Source of the DNA: Bdellovibrionales bacterium
GTDB lineage: Bacteria; Bdellovibrionota; Bdellovibrionia; Bdellovibrionales; JAGQZY01
DNA length: 64,000 nucleotides
Direction of reading: 5' to 3'
Assembly (NCBI GenBank): GCA_031426555.1
Contig: JANPLN010000062.1
Coordinates: 16,780 to 80,779, forward strand
In this document: one piece after another, positions 48,012 through 58,085 of the stretch
How the letters are laid out: each line of letters opens with the position of its first letter
How positions within the stretch are numbered: position 1 is the stretch's first letter
Program-made: the position numbers and the translations under genes
Notes under the pieces: generated by a model
What the model saw: the letters and a program-made list of their open reading frames with translations, nothing else
The model's database searches: none
What the model was told of the DNA's origin: nothing

Positions 48012-48863
48012 ATGATTTTTCGTTTGATTTATTGGCTATTTTTCGCTTCGATTGCACAGGCCGTCACTGCCTGTGCGACAGCTCCCCTACAGGCTAAGAC
48101 AGTTGTCGAACGCCCCCCCCAAGTTGCTCGCTCCCAAGTTATCGAAGCTGTTCCGTTTATCGAGCAACAAACCGCTCAATGCGGGCCCACCACACTTGCT
48201 ATGGTGCTGGACTATTACGGTACCCAGAGCCATCTGGATATTTTGCTGGTAAATCTAACGTCGCAAATTTTAACTCAGAGTAAAAATGGCTCTCTGCAAT
48301 CCAACATGATTGGTGGGGCCCGTCGCCAAGGCATGACGGCCATAACGTTGAAGGGCTTTAGCGATTTGCTGAGAGAAGTCGATGCCGGCCACCCGGTGAT
48401 TGTTTTTGAAAACTTAGCGCTGTCGTGGTGGCCGCAGTGGCACTATGCGGTGGTATATGGGTATGATTTAGATCAGAAGCTTCTATATTTGCATTCAGGA
48501 AAAGACAAAAACCTCACCCAGTCCTTTTCGCGCTTCGAAGCGGACTGGCGCTTGGGCGATTATTGGGGGCTTGTGGTGATTCCCCCTCAGGAGCTTTCGG
48601 CGTCGGCGGATGAGCTGGATCATATGAATTCAGCCGCCGTGTTGGAATCTTTAGCGAAGCCTGAGGCCGAAAAAGCTTACTCTGCCATTCTCTCGCGCTG
48701 GCCGCAAAGTTTAGGGGCGCATTTGGGTTTGGCAAATATTTATTTTTCTCAAGCGGATTATAAAAAATCAGTGCAAACTTTAAAACGTGCGCGGGCTTTT
48801 CATCCCGACTCGCAAACCCTAAACCACAATTACTCGGTGGCGGTGAAAAAGTTAAATGAATAG
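48012..48863 (+). CDS. PA2778 family C39-like cysteine peptidase lipoprotein with TPR
   Basis: Lipobox VTAC; VPFIEQ...QCGP, WHYAVVYGYD and LHSG motifs; C-terminal TPRs. Confidence 0.88.
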   Translation: MIFRLIYWLFFASIAQAVTACATAPLQAKTVVERPPQVARSQVIEAVPFIEQQTAQCGPTTLAMVLDYYGTQSHLDILLVNLTSQILTQSKNGSLQSNMIGGARRQGMTAITLKGFSDLLREVDAGHPVIVFENLALSWWPQWHYAVVYGYDLDQKLLYLHSGKDKNLTQSFSRFEADWRLGDYWGLVVIPPQELSASADELDHMNSAAVLESLAKPEAEKAYSAILSRWPQSLGAHLGLANIYFSQADYKKSVQTLKRARAFHPDSQTLNHNYSVAVKKLNE

Positions 48864-50103
48864 GTTTTTACAAAGTTTATTTATTGTGATCTCGGGCGAA
48901 GCCATTTTTATGCTGCCGTTTTTAATTCCCCGTCTTTATCGACCGCTCATATTAGACGCTTGGTCGCTCACCAACACCGACATCGGTGTGGGCTTTGCAG
49001 CCTATGGCGTAACGTCGACACTTTCGTACTTGGTGGGCGGTGCCTTTGCCGACAACTACAATCCGAAGACTTTGATATCGACATCTCTAGGCGCGACAGC
49101 GCTGGCGGTGGTTTACTTGGTTTTGTATCCCTCACCCACAAGCTTTATTGCAACCTATGCGTTCTTTGGCATTAGCACTGTGTTGTTGATGTGGGGCGCT
49201 TTAATCAAAACCACCCATGTGATTGGTGGCGAAGCCAATCGCTCGGCTGCCTTGGGAATTTTAGATAGCGGCCGTGGCCTGGTGGCGGCCATAGCAAGCT
49301 CGGGGCTTTTGATTTTAGTCTCCCTCAACTTTCCCGAGCTCGCCTCCCGCGACGACCAGTTGGCGGCCCTTCGTTGGATTTATTTTTCGGTGGCGGGTTT
49401 TGTTTTGCTTTTAGCCGTGGCCACCTGGGTGAGCCTAAACAACCTCAACATGTTACAAAAAAACGAGCGCACGTGGAGTTTTAAGAACGCTTTGGAGAGT
49501 ATTAAAGACTCCCGAGTTTGGTTGTTGAGTATAATTATTTTAAGTTCCTACTGCGGTTACAAAGGGATTGATAATTATTCCATCTATTTAACCAACATTC
49601 ACAAAATCAGTGTGGAACGTACCTCGCAACTGATGTCGATTTTGCTATGGCTGAGGCCGTTTTCGGTATTGGGAATTGGCTTTTTATCGGACGTGTTTCA
49701 TCGACGTGTTGGCCGAGGACGCTTTCATATGCTTACGATATTGCTCTTAGTCGCTGGCATTTCGCAAACCTTGCTGGCATTTTTCGGCTTTTCGGATTTT
49801 ATTTTAGCGTTTTCGGTGATGGCCACATCGGTGTGTTATGTGTACGGACTGCGAGCGGTTTATTTTTCGGTTTTTGGTGATTTAAAGATTCAAAATTATC
49901 TCATTGGAACAACGGTGGGCATTGTGTCGTTTGTGGGATTTTTGCCCGACATCTTTTTAAGCTACGTGAGCGGGCGACTGGTGGATACGTTTCCGGGCGA
50001 ATTGGGCTTTCGTTATACGTTTTTGTTTACGGCTGCGTGCTTATTTGCCGGAGCCCTTGCGAGTTTGCGTCTCGCTTTTAAAACTGAAAAATTGTCGACA
50101 TGA
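48856..50103 (+). CDS. MFS transporter
   Basis: About 12 TM helices; GGAFAD and GFLSD motif-A-like loops. Confidence 0.88.
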   Translation: MNRFLQSLFIVISGEAIFMLPFLIPRLYRPLILDAWSLTNTDIGVGFAAYGVTSTLSYLVGGAFADNYNPKTLISTSLGATALAVVYLVLYPSPTSFIATYAFFGISTVLLMWGALIKTTHVIGGEANRSAALGILDSGRGLVAAIASSGLLILVSLNFPELASRDDQLAALRWIYFSVAGFVLLLAVATWVSLNNLNMLQKNERTWSFKNALESIKDSRVWLLSIIILSSYCGYKGIDNYSIYLTNIHKISVERTSQLMSILLWLRPFSVLGIGFLSDVFHRRVGRGRFHMLTILLLVAGISQTLLAFFGFSDFILAFSVMATSVCYVYGLRAVYFSVFGDLKIQNYLIGTTVGIVSFVGFLPDIFLSYVSGRLVDTFPGELGFRYTFLFTAACLFAGALASLRLAFKTEKLST

Positions 50104-50753
50104 ACAAATTTTTAACGGTTCTCTCGTGCCTCCTAAGCTTTTTATTTTTATCACTGCGGGCGCATGCTTACGAAGAGGTCTGGGGAACCCTGGCCTTGCG
50201 ACACCCTATCAACGATGAGCAGCAGGTGATGGGAGAATGGCGCAGGCGTGACTCCGAGAACCTGGTTTTTTCTGGTAAAAGCTCAGATATTTTTCGGCTG
50301 TCTTTGAACACCAAATTTAAGGGCTTCAGTTACATGGCAGGCTTGAGTTACGCAGAATTCGAGACCAACCCATCACACGAGTTTCGCTTGCATCAATTTT
50401 TATCTATTAAACTGCTCAACGGTAAATATGCGTCTATGGTTACGAGGATCGGTACCGAGCATCGCGATTTTTCGTCGGACGCAAATATTTATCATCGTGT
50501 TAGGGCGAAACTGCAGTTTAACACCCTCCTTCAACATCGCTTTGGTCCCAGCATTTATAACGAAGCGTTTTTTGCCTTGAACGGAGGTGATCGTTTTGCC
50601 ACTGGCTTTAACGAAAACCGAACTGGCTTCGGAGTGCGTTCCACTTTCAGAAAATTCGAAATTTACGCTTTCCACACTTTTGTACACTTGACGTTTCCCG
50701 TCGGCGATGCCCATCAGGAGTGGCTGCAGTTTCAGTTGATCTTTGATATATAG
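50100..50753 (+). CDS. DUF2490-like outer-membrane beta-barrel protein
   Basis: Signal peptide; EFRLHQ, EHR, R.R, YNE.FF and NR..FG pattern. Confidence 0.7.
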   Translation: MNKFLTVLSCLLSFLFLSLRAHAYEEVWGTLALRHPINDEQQVMGEWRRRDSENLVFSGKSSDIFRLSLNTKFKGFSYMAGLSYAEFETNPSHEFRLHQFLSIKLLNGKYASMVTRIGTEHRDFSSDANIYHRVRAKLQFNTLLQHRFGPSIYNEAFFALNGGDRFATGFNENRTGFGVRSTFRKFEIYAFHTFVHLTFPVGDAHQEWLQFQLIFDI

Positions 50754-50778
50754 AGATGCCAGAGCGCGATGCAAAACA

Positions 50779-52611
50779 TTACGAGGTAATTTCCTGCAGC
50801 TTTTTTTCGATTTTTGTGACTTCTTGCTGTTTGGACCACATTTCGTAGTACTCACCTTTTTTATTTAACAGGTCTTCGTGCTTGCCGCGCTCAAGGATTT
50901 TTCCGTCGTTTAAAACAATAATCTCGTCGGCGTCCACCACGGTGGAAAGTCGATGGGCGATGATGAGGGTGGTTTTATGAACGGAGATTTCGCGCAGGGA
51001 CTGTTGGATTTCTTTTTCTTTATGGGTGTCTAAGGCGCTGGTGGCTTCGTCGAAAATCAAAATTGGTGGATTTTTTAAAATCGTACGAGCGATGGCCACC
51101 CGTTGTTTTTCGCCGCCCGACAGTTTCAAACCGCGCTCTCCCACTGGGGTTTCGTATTTCTGGCTAAGGGATATAACGAAATCATGGATCTTAGCCATTT
51201 TGGAGGCTTGATGCATTTCGGTCTCGGTGGCCGAGGGCTTGCCGTACAGGATGTTGTAGCCGATGGAGTCGTTAAACAGTACGGTGTCCTGCGGGACAAC
51301 GCCGATGGCTTTGCGCACTGATTTTTGCGTGACCGATTTTAAGCTCTGTCCGTCGATTTTAATGTCGCCACTTTGCAAATCGTAAAAGCGAAATAACAGC
51401 CTCGAAATGGTCGACTTACCAGAGCCGCTGGCGCCCACAATGGCCAGGGTTTTACCGGCATCAACTTTAAAGCTGATGCCTTTAAGAATTTGTCGATCCG
51501 GGTTGTAACCAAAAAACACGTTTTCGAATTCGATGGCGCCAGCGGTGACATTGATATCGGGGGCGCCCTCTTGATCCGCCACTTCGGAGTGCACGCCGAT
51601 AAGCTCGAACATTTTATCCATGTCGATAAGACTGTTTTTAATTTCGCGGTAAACGAAGCCCAAGAAATTGAGCGGTAGATACAATTGAATTAAAAACGTA
51701 TTGATCAAAACAAAGTCACCCACGGTGTAGGTGTTATTGACGATTCCCTGGCCCGTCATCCACATCACCGCTACCAAACCGATGCCTATGATGGTAGATT
51801 GGATAATATTTAACAACGACAAACTCATTTGGCTTGTAACAGCAGCGAGCTCGTACTTTGCTAGGGAAATATCGTAGCGGCTGTATTCGTGCTCTTCATT
51901 GCCAAAGTATTTAACGGTTTCGAAGTTGAGCAAGCTATCGATAGCTTTGGTGTTGGCGGAGCTTTCGGCGCTGTTCATGTTTTTTCTAAACTTGGTGCGC
52001 CACTCGGTAACCGCGATGGTGAGGAAGATGTAAATAAAGATGGTCACAAATATAATGGCGCCGAAGACCAAATTAAAATGATAAATCACCGCACCAGTCA
52101 CGAGCACAATCTCAAACAGGGTGGGCAGGATGTTAAAGGTCATAAACTGCAGCACAAACTGAATCCCACGAGTTCCCCGCTCGATAACGCGCGATAAGCC
52201 GCCTGTGTGGCGCGACAAATGAAACTGCAGCGAAAGCCCGTGCAAATGTTTAAAGGTATTTAAAGCGATGGTTCGCTGGGCATGTTGGCCGACTTTGACA
52301 AAAATAAAATCGCGAAGTTCGCCAAACACAGCAACTAGCACACGGGCGAAGCCATAAGACAGTAGCAGTCCTATGGGAAGGGTCATGGCATTGAGGGGTT
52401 TTGAAAAAACATCCACCGCATCTTTTAAAAGAAACGGAACATACATGTTTAGGACTTTAGCTAAAATCAAAAAGACAACAGCCGCAATCACTCGCAAACG
52501 CAAATCCCAGCGCTTTTCGGGCCACAGATAAAACCCAAGCACTTTGAGAGTTTTTAAATTGTTAGTTTGATCGCTTTCGCTATTGGGATTGAAGGCCTGA
52601 CGCATCTTCAA
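50779..52611 (-). CDS. ATM1/ABCB7-type ABC transporter (permease + ATPase)
   Basis: FHLSRHTGGLSRVIERG, DSLLNFETVKYF, PLNFLGFVYRE and VGERGLKLSGGEKQR motifs. Confidence 0.93.
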   Translation of the reverse strand: MKMRQAFNPNSESDQTNNLKTLKVLGFYLWPEKRWDLRLRVIAAVVFLILAKVLNMYVPFLLKDAVDVFSKPLNAMTLPIGLLLSYGFARVLVAVFGELRDFIFVKVGQHAQRTIALNTFKHLHGLSLQFHLSRHTGGLSRVIERGTRGIQFVLQFMTFNILPTLFEIVLVTGAVIYHFNLVFGAIIFVTIFIYIFLTIAVTEWRTKFRKNMNSAESSANTKAIDSLLNFETVKYFGNEEHEYSRYDISLAKYELAAVTSQMSLSLLNIIQSTIIGIGLVAVMWMTGQGIVNNTYTVGDFVLINTFLIQLYLPLNFLGFVYREIKNSLIDMDKMFELIGVHSEVADQEGAPDINVTAGAIEFENVFFGYNPDRQILKGISFKVDAGKTLAIVGASGSGKSTISRLLFRFYDLQSGDIKIDGQSLKSVTQKSVRKAIGVVPQDTVLFNDSIGYNILYGKPSATETEMHQASKMAKIHDFVISLSQKYETPVGERGLKLSGGEKQRVAIARTILKNPPILIFDEATSALDTHKEKEIQQSLREISVHKTTLIIAHRLSTVVDADEIIVLNDGKILERGKHEDLLNKKGEYYEMWSKQQEVTKIEKKLQEITS

Positions 52612-52739
52612 TATATGCCATTTATTTATACGCTATTCAACTGCTGTGCCGATAATATTTCCATTGAAACTGTAAAAAAACTAAAGGGCGGAGTGTTGCC
52701 CTTTAGTTTCCAAATGAAGCTACCTAAAATAGGGAAGCA

Positions 52740-52925
52740 TTACTCTTTTGAAGTAGAGCTCGAACTGCCGTATGCAGATTTACTTTGATCAGTCTTGCTT
52801 GCTTCAGAAGTCTTGTTTCCATCTACGCTCTTTTTTTCTCCGTCTTTCGACATCTCTTTGTCTTTAGAGCCTGCGTTGGCATTTTGGTTACCTTGATTGC
52901 CTTGGTTTCCTTGATTATTACTCAT
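52740..52925 (-). CDS. 61-aa hydrophilic low-complexity protein (NQG repeats)
   Basis: AGGAGG SD before ATG 52925; MSNNQGNQGNQGNQNANAGSKDKE... Confidence 0.7.
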   Translation of the reverse strand: MSNNQGNQGNQGNQNANAGSKDKEMSKDGEKKSVDGNKTSEASKTDQSKSAYGSSSSTSKE

Positions 52926-53099
52926 ACCGTTTCCTCCTGGTATACAGCCGTGCATTGTACAGGGCTGTGGGTTTGTTCTCCATGGTGCACGAACCATTTC
53001 GCACACTCGTGGTTTTTTTTCTCTTTAATGAGGTAAAAAAGGGACGCTTTTATTAAACTTTGAGTTCCTTCGTTACCTGAGACACACAGTTGTATTCTA

Positions 53100-53115
53100 T
53101 GCATTTAACCTGCCA
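53100..53115 (-). promoter_or_regulatory. Candidate sigma54 promoter
   Basis: Minus strand TGGCAG-GTTAA-ATGCA. Confidence 0.45.
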
Positions 53116-53135
53116 GAAACCCTAAGTCCAATTCG

Positions 53136-55508
53136 CTATTTCTTTTTATTTGCCTGATCTAAAATTTTTATTTTTTGTTTGAGTTTAAAATAACCATTCC
53201 ATGGATCGCTGGTTTGTTTTGCCAGTCGGTTCAAAGTTTTTTGCAAATCAAATTCAGCAGCACTTTTGATGGTTTTAAGCTCGGACCACTCAAGCGGCAC
53301 TGCCACTGACGCGTAGTCCTTTGAACGCAATGAAAAAGGCGCCACAGCAGTGGAACCTGCACCATTGCGTAGATAATCCAAAAATATTTTATTTTTGCGT
53401 TTTTTCTTCGACATATTGATCACATATTCGTCTGGAAAATCGATTTCGAGCTGTCGGCACACACTTTTTGAAAAACTTTTAACTTCGTCCCATCCGTAAC
53501 GTGGAGCAATCGGCACCTGAACGTGCAAACCTTTTCCTCCTGTTGTCTTCACAAAGGATTTTAAATCAAGGCGCTCGAGCAGCTCCTTCAAGCGAAAGGC
53601 TGTTTCGATCACTTTTTTCCATGGAACTTTTTCGTCGGGGTCCAGATCGAAAATGATCTGATCCGGATGCTCGGGGGCGCTCACCCGTCCCTGCCAGGCA
53701 TGCAGCTCTAAAACACCCCACTGGATGAGTTGTAGCAAGCCGGCTTCAGATTTTATGGATGTGACTTTTTGCTCGTGCATGTCGTTTTCTTGGGTTTCAC
53801 TGAGGATAGAAGAGCTCACATGCTTTTGGTAAAAACAGCCAATCCCTGCCCCCTCTGGACATCGCATGAACGATAAAGGGCGATCGACAATATATTTTAA
53901 AAGCCAGGGCGCCACACTTCGGTAGTAGTTGGCCACATCGAGCTTGGTGATTTTATCTTTGGCGTAGATCATTCGCTCGGGGTGTGTGATGTGAAATGCT
54001 GATTTTTGTTGGCCGACGACTTTCGTTTTTGCCGCTGCCACTTTGGGAATTTCGAGGATAATGTGCTGGGCTTTTTTGTCCTCGCGCAGCCCTTTAAACG
54101 ACGCATGGCGAAGGATGTGATCTTGTGTCCAAGTTTTAAATTCTATTTCGGCCACAAGTTTTGGCTCAAGCCAGTGAACGCCGCGCTCGGAGGGATCAGT
54201 ATTAACAAACGGCGAAACTTTTGCTTTTAATTTTTTAAATTTTTGCAAAAGTTCTTTCACCACTTGCGAATCAAAACCAGTTCCTACACGCCCCACATAA
54301 CGCAGTTTTTTATCATGTCGCATCTTTTGATTTTCGTAGACACCCATGAGCAATGCACCGAAACCCTCGCGACTTCCTTGGGGGTCGGTAAAACCACCAA
54401 TCACCAACTCCTGGCGACTGGAGCATTTTATTTTTTGCCAATCGGTGTTGCGCCCTTGGTTGTAGGCGCGATTGCGCTCTTTCGACACAATTCCCTCCAA
54501 ACCAAGCTGGCACGCTTGTTTAAAAAGGTCTTCCCCTTGGGCTCGGAGGTGGTCGCTAAACACAATTTGCTTGGGTTTTGATTTTTTTAAAAGTTCTTTG
54601 AGACCTTGCTTTCGTTTTTCTAAAGCTTCGCCTCGCAAATCCGTTTTGTCGAGATAGAGGAGATCAAACACATAGTATACAAGTAGATGGTCGTCGCCTT
54701 TTTTTAAGGCGCTTTGCAGATGAGCAAAGTTTGAATGACCTTTCTCATCCAGAACGACAATTTCTCCGTCCAAAATGGCATTCGTCACCTTTAGCTTTGC
54801 AAGCTGTTTGGCAATGGAGGGATAGTGATCCGTCCAATCCAGACCACTGCGGGTGCGCAACTGACAACGATTTTTTTTGATAAAGGCCAACGTTCGGTAG
54901 CCATCCAGTTTGATTTCGTGGATCCATTGACTTCCCTTGGGGACGAGTTGCGCCAGGGTGGCCAGTTGCGGTTTGATTTCGCTGGGAAACGGGTCCGCAC
55001 GGGTTTTTATTTTGACTGGTAGTAAGGATTTTTCTTTCGTTTCGTTTCGTTTAATGAGTAACCATTGATGTTTTTTTTCGGTGGGGCGACCGGTTCGTAC
55101 CAGGAGCCACTGACCCTTTAACTTTTTTCCTTTGAGTTCAAACTCTAGACGGCCTTTATGAAGCGCGTCTTTCAATCTTTCAGGAGGAACCCAAACGCCG
55201 TGGTCCCAAATCTTAACGGTGCCAGCTCCGTACTCCCCTTGTGGAATGCGTCCTTTGAATTTGGCATAGGCAATGGGATGATCTTCCACTTCCACGGCCA
55301 GACGTTTTTCCCCGGGTGTGAGTGAAGGGCCTTTGGGCACGGCCCAACTTTTTAAAGTGCCAAAGGCTTCGATTCGAAAATCATAGTGCAAGTGGGAGGC
55401 AAGGTGCTCTTGCACCACAAAAATGGGGGCTGACTTTGAAGGCGCTCCGGCCTGGGGCTCGGTGGTTTTTTTAAAGTTACGTTTTTTGCGGTACTCTTTG
55501 AGTCCCAT
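53136..55508 (-). CDS. ligD: NHEJ DNA ligase D (phosphoesterase-ligase-polymerase)
   Basis: PE domain QEHLASHLHYDFR...SWAVPKGPS; ligase HEIKLDGYR and EGIVSK; polymerase FDLDP, KTTGGKGLH and DYLRN. Confidence 0.96.
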   Translation of the reverse strand: MGLKEYRKKRNFKKTTEPQAGAPSKSAPIFVVQEHLASHLHYDFRIEAFGTLKSWAVPKGPSLTPGEKRLAVEVEDHPIAYAKFKGRIPQGEYGAGTVKIWDHGVWVPPERLKDALHKGRLEFELKGKKLKGQWLLVRTGRPTEKKHQWLLIKRNETKEKSLLPVKIKTRADPFPSEIKPQLATLAQLVPKGSQWIHEIKLDGYRTLAFIKKNRCQLRTRSGLDWTDHYPSIAKQLAKLKVTNAILDGEIVVLDEKGHSNFAHLQSALKKGDDHLLVYYVFDLLYLDKTDLRGEALEKRKQGLKELLKKSKPKQIVFSDHLRAQGEDLFKQACQLGLEGIVSKERNRAYNQGRNTDWQKIKCSSRQELVIGGFTDPQGSREGFGALLMGVYENQKMRHDKKLRYVGRVGTGFDSQVVKELLQKFKKLKAKVSPFVNTDPSERGVHWLEPKLVAEIEFKTWTQDHILRHASFKGLREDKKAQHIILEIPKVAAAKTKVVGQQKSAFHITHPERMIYAKDKITKLDVANYYRSVAPWLLKYIVDRPLSFMRCPEGAGIGCFYQKHVSSSILSETQENDMHEQKVTSIKSEAGLLQLIQWGVLELHAWQGRVSAPEHPDQIIFDLDPDEKVPWKKVIETAFRLKELLERLDLKSFVKTTGGKGLHVQVPIAPRYGWDEVKSFSKSVCRQLEIDFPDEYVINMSKKKRKNKIFLDYLRNGAGSTAVAPFSLRSKDYASVAVPLEWSELKTIKSAAEFDLQKTLNRLAKQTSDPWNGYFKLKQKIKILDQANKKK

Positions 55509-55520
55509 TCTTGAACCTCA

Positions 55521-56423
55521 TTAGGAATGCGCCGTACGTTGCGACTTGGAGGTTGCAGTCTTTTTGCGCTGTAAGCTTTTTTGCAGGAGTGGCATCAAAT
55601 CCAAAACTTTGGTGGAAGAATCTTCGTTACTGTCATCGAAGTCGTCAGAAATTTCGGTGGCCTTGCCAGCTTTGACTTTACTGTTCACCAGCTTCATCAC
55701 GTCGCTGCGGTAGGTGTTTTCGTACCGGCTGGGCTCCCAATCTGCAGTCATATCTTCGATCAGCTTTTCTGCCATTTCTACTTCTTTTGCGGCAAGTTTG
55801 GGCTCGGACATTTCGCTTTGCCAATCACCAAGGTCTTGCAGCTCTTTTACATCTTCGGCAAAATGCAAAAGCTCGAGCAAAATAAATTTTCCTCGTGGCA
55901 TCAGTGCCACCAAATGCTGTTTGGTGTGCAGAACAATTTTCGCAATGGCCACTTTTTTGCTTTTCTTCAGGGCCTCGCAAAGGAGTGAGTAGGCCTTATC
56001 GCCACCTTTGTTCGGCAAAAGGTAATAAGCCTTCTCGAAAAATACCGGGTCGATGTCTTCGAGCTTTACAAAGTTTTCGATATCTATTGTTTGTGTGGCT
56101 TTGGGGTTGGCTTTTTTAAAATCAGCGTCGGTCATAATCACATACTGGCCAGATTTGTATTCGAAGGCTTTCACCGTGTGCGAGCGACTGACATCGTCGC
56201 CTGAGGTTTTGTTATAATACTTGTAGCCGATGGGAGACAGATTGCTCGGGTCAAGCATGGTAAAATGCAGATCTTTTTTTTCTTTGGCCGATACAACGCG
56301 AACATTGATGTTAACCAGTCCAAAACTGATAGCTCCCGTCCACAGCCCTCGTTGGTGTTTCCCTTTTTGCAGAGTTGTACTTTTTTTACGACTTTTCTTT
56401 TTTACTTTTTTTGCAGATTCCAC
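55521..56423 (-). CDS. ku: NHEJ Ku protein
   Basis: WTGAISFGLVNI, IDPVFFEKAYYL and VLDLMPLLQKSL motifs. Confidence 0.96.
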   Translation of the reverse strand: MESAKKVKKKSRKKSTTLQKGKHQRGLWTGAISFGLVNINVRVVSAKEKKDLHFTMLDPSNLSPIGYKYYNKTSGDDVSRSHTVKAFEYKSGQYVIMTDADFKKANPKATQTIDIENFVKLEDIDPVFFEKAYYLLPNKGGDKAYSLLCEALKKSKKVAIAKIVLHTKQHLVALMPRGKFILLELLHFAEDVKELQDLGDWQSEMSEPKLAAKEVEMAEKLIEDMTADWEPSRYENTYRSDVMKLVNSKVKAGKATEISDDFDDSNEDSSTKVLDLMPLLQKSLQRKKTATSKSQRTAHS

Positions 56424-56538
56424 GTTCTACCTTTCTCTTTACGATTACGGGAAGTTATTCCTCATAAGAGTCAATTTGCCCCTCTACAACTCAGGCCAGT
56501 TCGCCAAAGGAGAGAGCGCTTTACTTGCCACACTTTTT

Positions 56539-56554
56539 TGCAAGTCCTGAGCCA
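56539..56554 (-). promoter_or_regulatory. Sigma54 promoter candidate for ku-ligD
   Basis: Minus strand TGGCTC-AGGAC-TTGCA (one mismatch to consensus). Confidence 0.68.
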
Positions 56555-56565
56555 ACGCGTGCGTT

Positions 56566-56581
56566 TGGAATAGACCTTGCA
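56566..56581 (+). promoter_or_regulatory. Sigma54 promoter candidate for DUF72-Nei
   Basis: TGGAAT-AGACC-TTGCA, ending 11 nt before the ATG. Confidence 0.55.
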
Positions 56582-56592
56582 ACAAAAGGGTT

Positions 56593-57327
56593 ATGGCAAA
56601 CGCGTTTATTGGAACTGCCGGCTGGAATATTCCCACTCATCTGAAAGACCGTTTTTTACGACTCGGTACTCACCTAGAGAAATATTCAGAAAAATTAAAT
56701 TGTGTAGAAATCAATTCTTCGTTCTATCGAAACCATAGTGCTGCCACGTATTCAAAATGGCGGAGCCTTGCTCCCGAGGGGTTCTTATTTTCTGTAAAAC
56801 TTTTAAAGTACTTTACGCACGAGCGCCGTCTTGCCGAAAATGGGCAAGTTTTAAAAAGTTGTTTAAACAATATATTTGCTCTCGAAGATAAATTGGGAGC
56901 ACTTCTCGTGCAGCTTCCACCAAGCCTTGTCTACGAAGAGAAAGTTACCACAGCCTTCTTTAAAAAATTAAGTCAATACTGTAAAGTCCCTGTCGTTTTA
57001 GAACCTCGGCATGCCAGCTGGGCGTCGAACGAAATTTGGAATTTGTTAGAGCCAATGAATGTTCATAAGGTGATGGCCGACCCCGAGCCGTGCAAGATGA
57101 CCCGCGCGCAACAAGCCGCGCTCAAAAATCGTATCCGCTACTATCGACTTCACGGCCGGCCAAAGATGTATAAAAGCAGCTACGAAGCTTCCGACTTAGA
57201 ACGTTTGAGTCACGTCGTACTAAAACAAGCGCCAACCACTTTCCAAACCTGGGTTATTTTTGACAACTCCGCCCATGGCCATGCCACGCAAAATGCCCTG
57301 GATTTAAGAAGGATCACCAATGCCTGA
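56593..57327 (+). CDS. DUF72 family protein
   Basis: IGTAGW, VEINSSFYR, LVQLPPS, EPRHASW, YYRLHG and IFDN motifs. Confidence 0.93.
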   Translation: MANAFIGTAGWNIPTHLKDRFLRLGTHLEKYSEKLNCVEINSSFYRNHSAATYSKWRSLAPEGFLFSVKLLKYFTHERRLAENGQVLKSCLNNIFALEDKLGALLVQLPPSLVYEEKVTTAFFKKLSQYCKVPVVLEPRHASWASNEIWNLLEPMNVHKVMADPEPCKMTRAQQAALKNRIRYYRLHGRPKMYKSSYEASDLERLSHVVLKQAPTTFQTWVIFDNSAHGHATQNALDLRRITNA

Positions 57328-58045
57328 GGGCCCATCGCTCCTTATCGCCGCAGAAGAGTTGTCCACTGCCCTTGGCAAAAGAGTTCGCGCCGTGAGTGGC
57401 AATAGCACACAGCCTATAGAGACGTTAAAAACCCAACAGCTGCTCGAAATTGGCACCCACGGTAAACACCTACTTTTATTTTTTAGTAATGCTACTTTGA
57501 AAATTCATTTTTTAATGTTTGGTTCTTACCGGGTGAATGAGCCCAAGGGCAATCGAACGCCGCGCTTGGCGCTGGATTTTGCGAAGGTGCAGTTTTACTT
57601 TTACGCCTGCTCCCTGCAGTTTTTGGAAGGCGATGCCAACGACCTTTATGATTGGCGCGAAGATGTGCTTTCCCCAGCATGGGACGAAGACCTTGCGCTG
57701 CAAAAGATTTCCGCTCTTCCCAACGAAATGATTTGCGACATTTTAATGAACCAGCATATTTTCGCTGGTGTGGGAAATATCATTAAAAACGAAGTGCAGT
57801 TTAGAATGCTTCTACCTCCGCAAAAAAATGTCAAAGAGCTCTCGCAAGCTCTGCGCATAAAACTTATACGAATTACGCACGACTACTGCTGGAATTTTTA
57901 TTACTGGAAGAAGCAGTTTCAACTTAAAAAGCACTGGCAGATTATGCGCAAAAAAGTATGTCCCCGCTGTAACGGGCCGGTCACACGAAAAGTAACCGGT
58001 TATTTAAAACGGCTTAGCCATTATTGCAAACGATGTCAAAAATAA
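57320..58045 (+). CDS. Fpg/Nei family DNA glycosylase
   Basis: N-terminal MPEGP, GKHL, H2TH LMNQ..FAGVGNI and C-terminal CPRC...CKRCQ zinc finger. Confidence 0.92.
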   Translation: MPEGPSLLIAAEELSTALGKRVRAVSGNSTQPIETLKTQQLLEIGTHGKHLLLFFSNATLKIHFLMFGSYRVNEPKGNRTPRLALDFAKVQFYFYACSLQFLEGDANDLYDWREDVLSPAWDEDLALQKISALPNEMICDILMNQHIFAGVGNIIKNEVQFRMLLPPQKNVKELSQALRIKLIRITHDYCWNFYYWKKQFQLKKHWQIMRKKVCPRCNGPVTRKVTGYLKRLSHYCKRCQK

Positions 58046-58085
58046 GACAGTTGATTGCCATGAAACTATGAAATAAAAAGAAACT

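Noticed and set aside
52648..52655. GCCGATAA sigma28 -10 box
   Set aside because: No matching -35 at 15-nt spacing and no credible plus-strand gene downstream.
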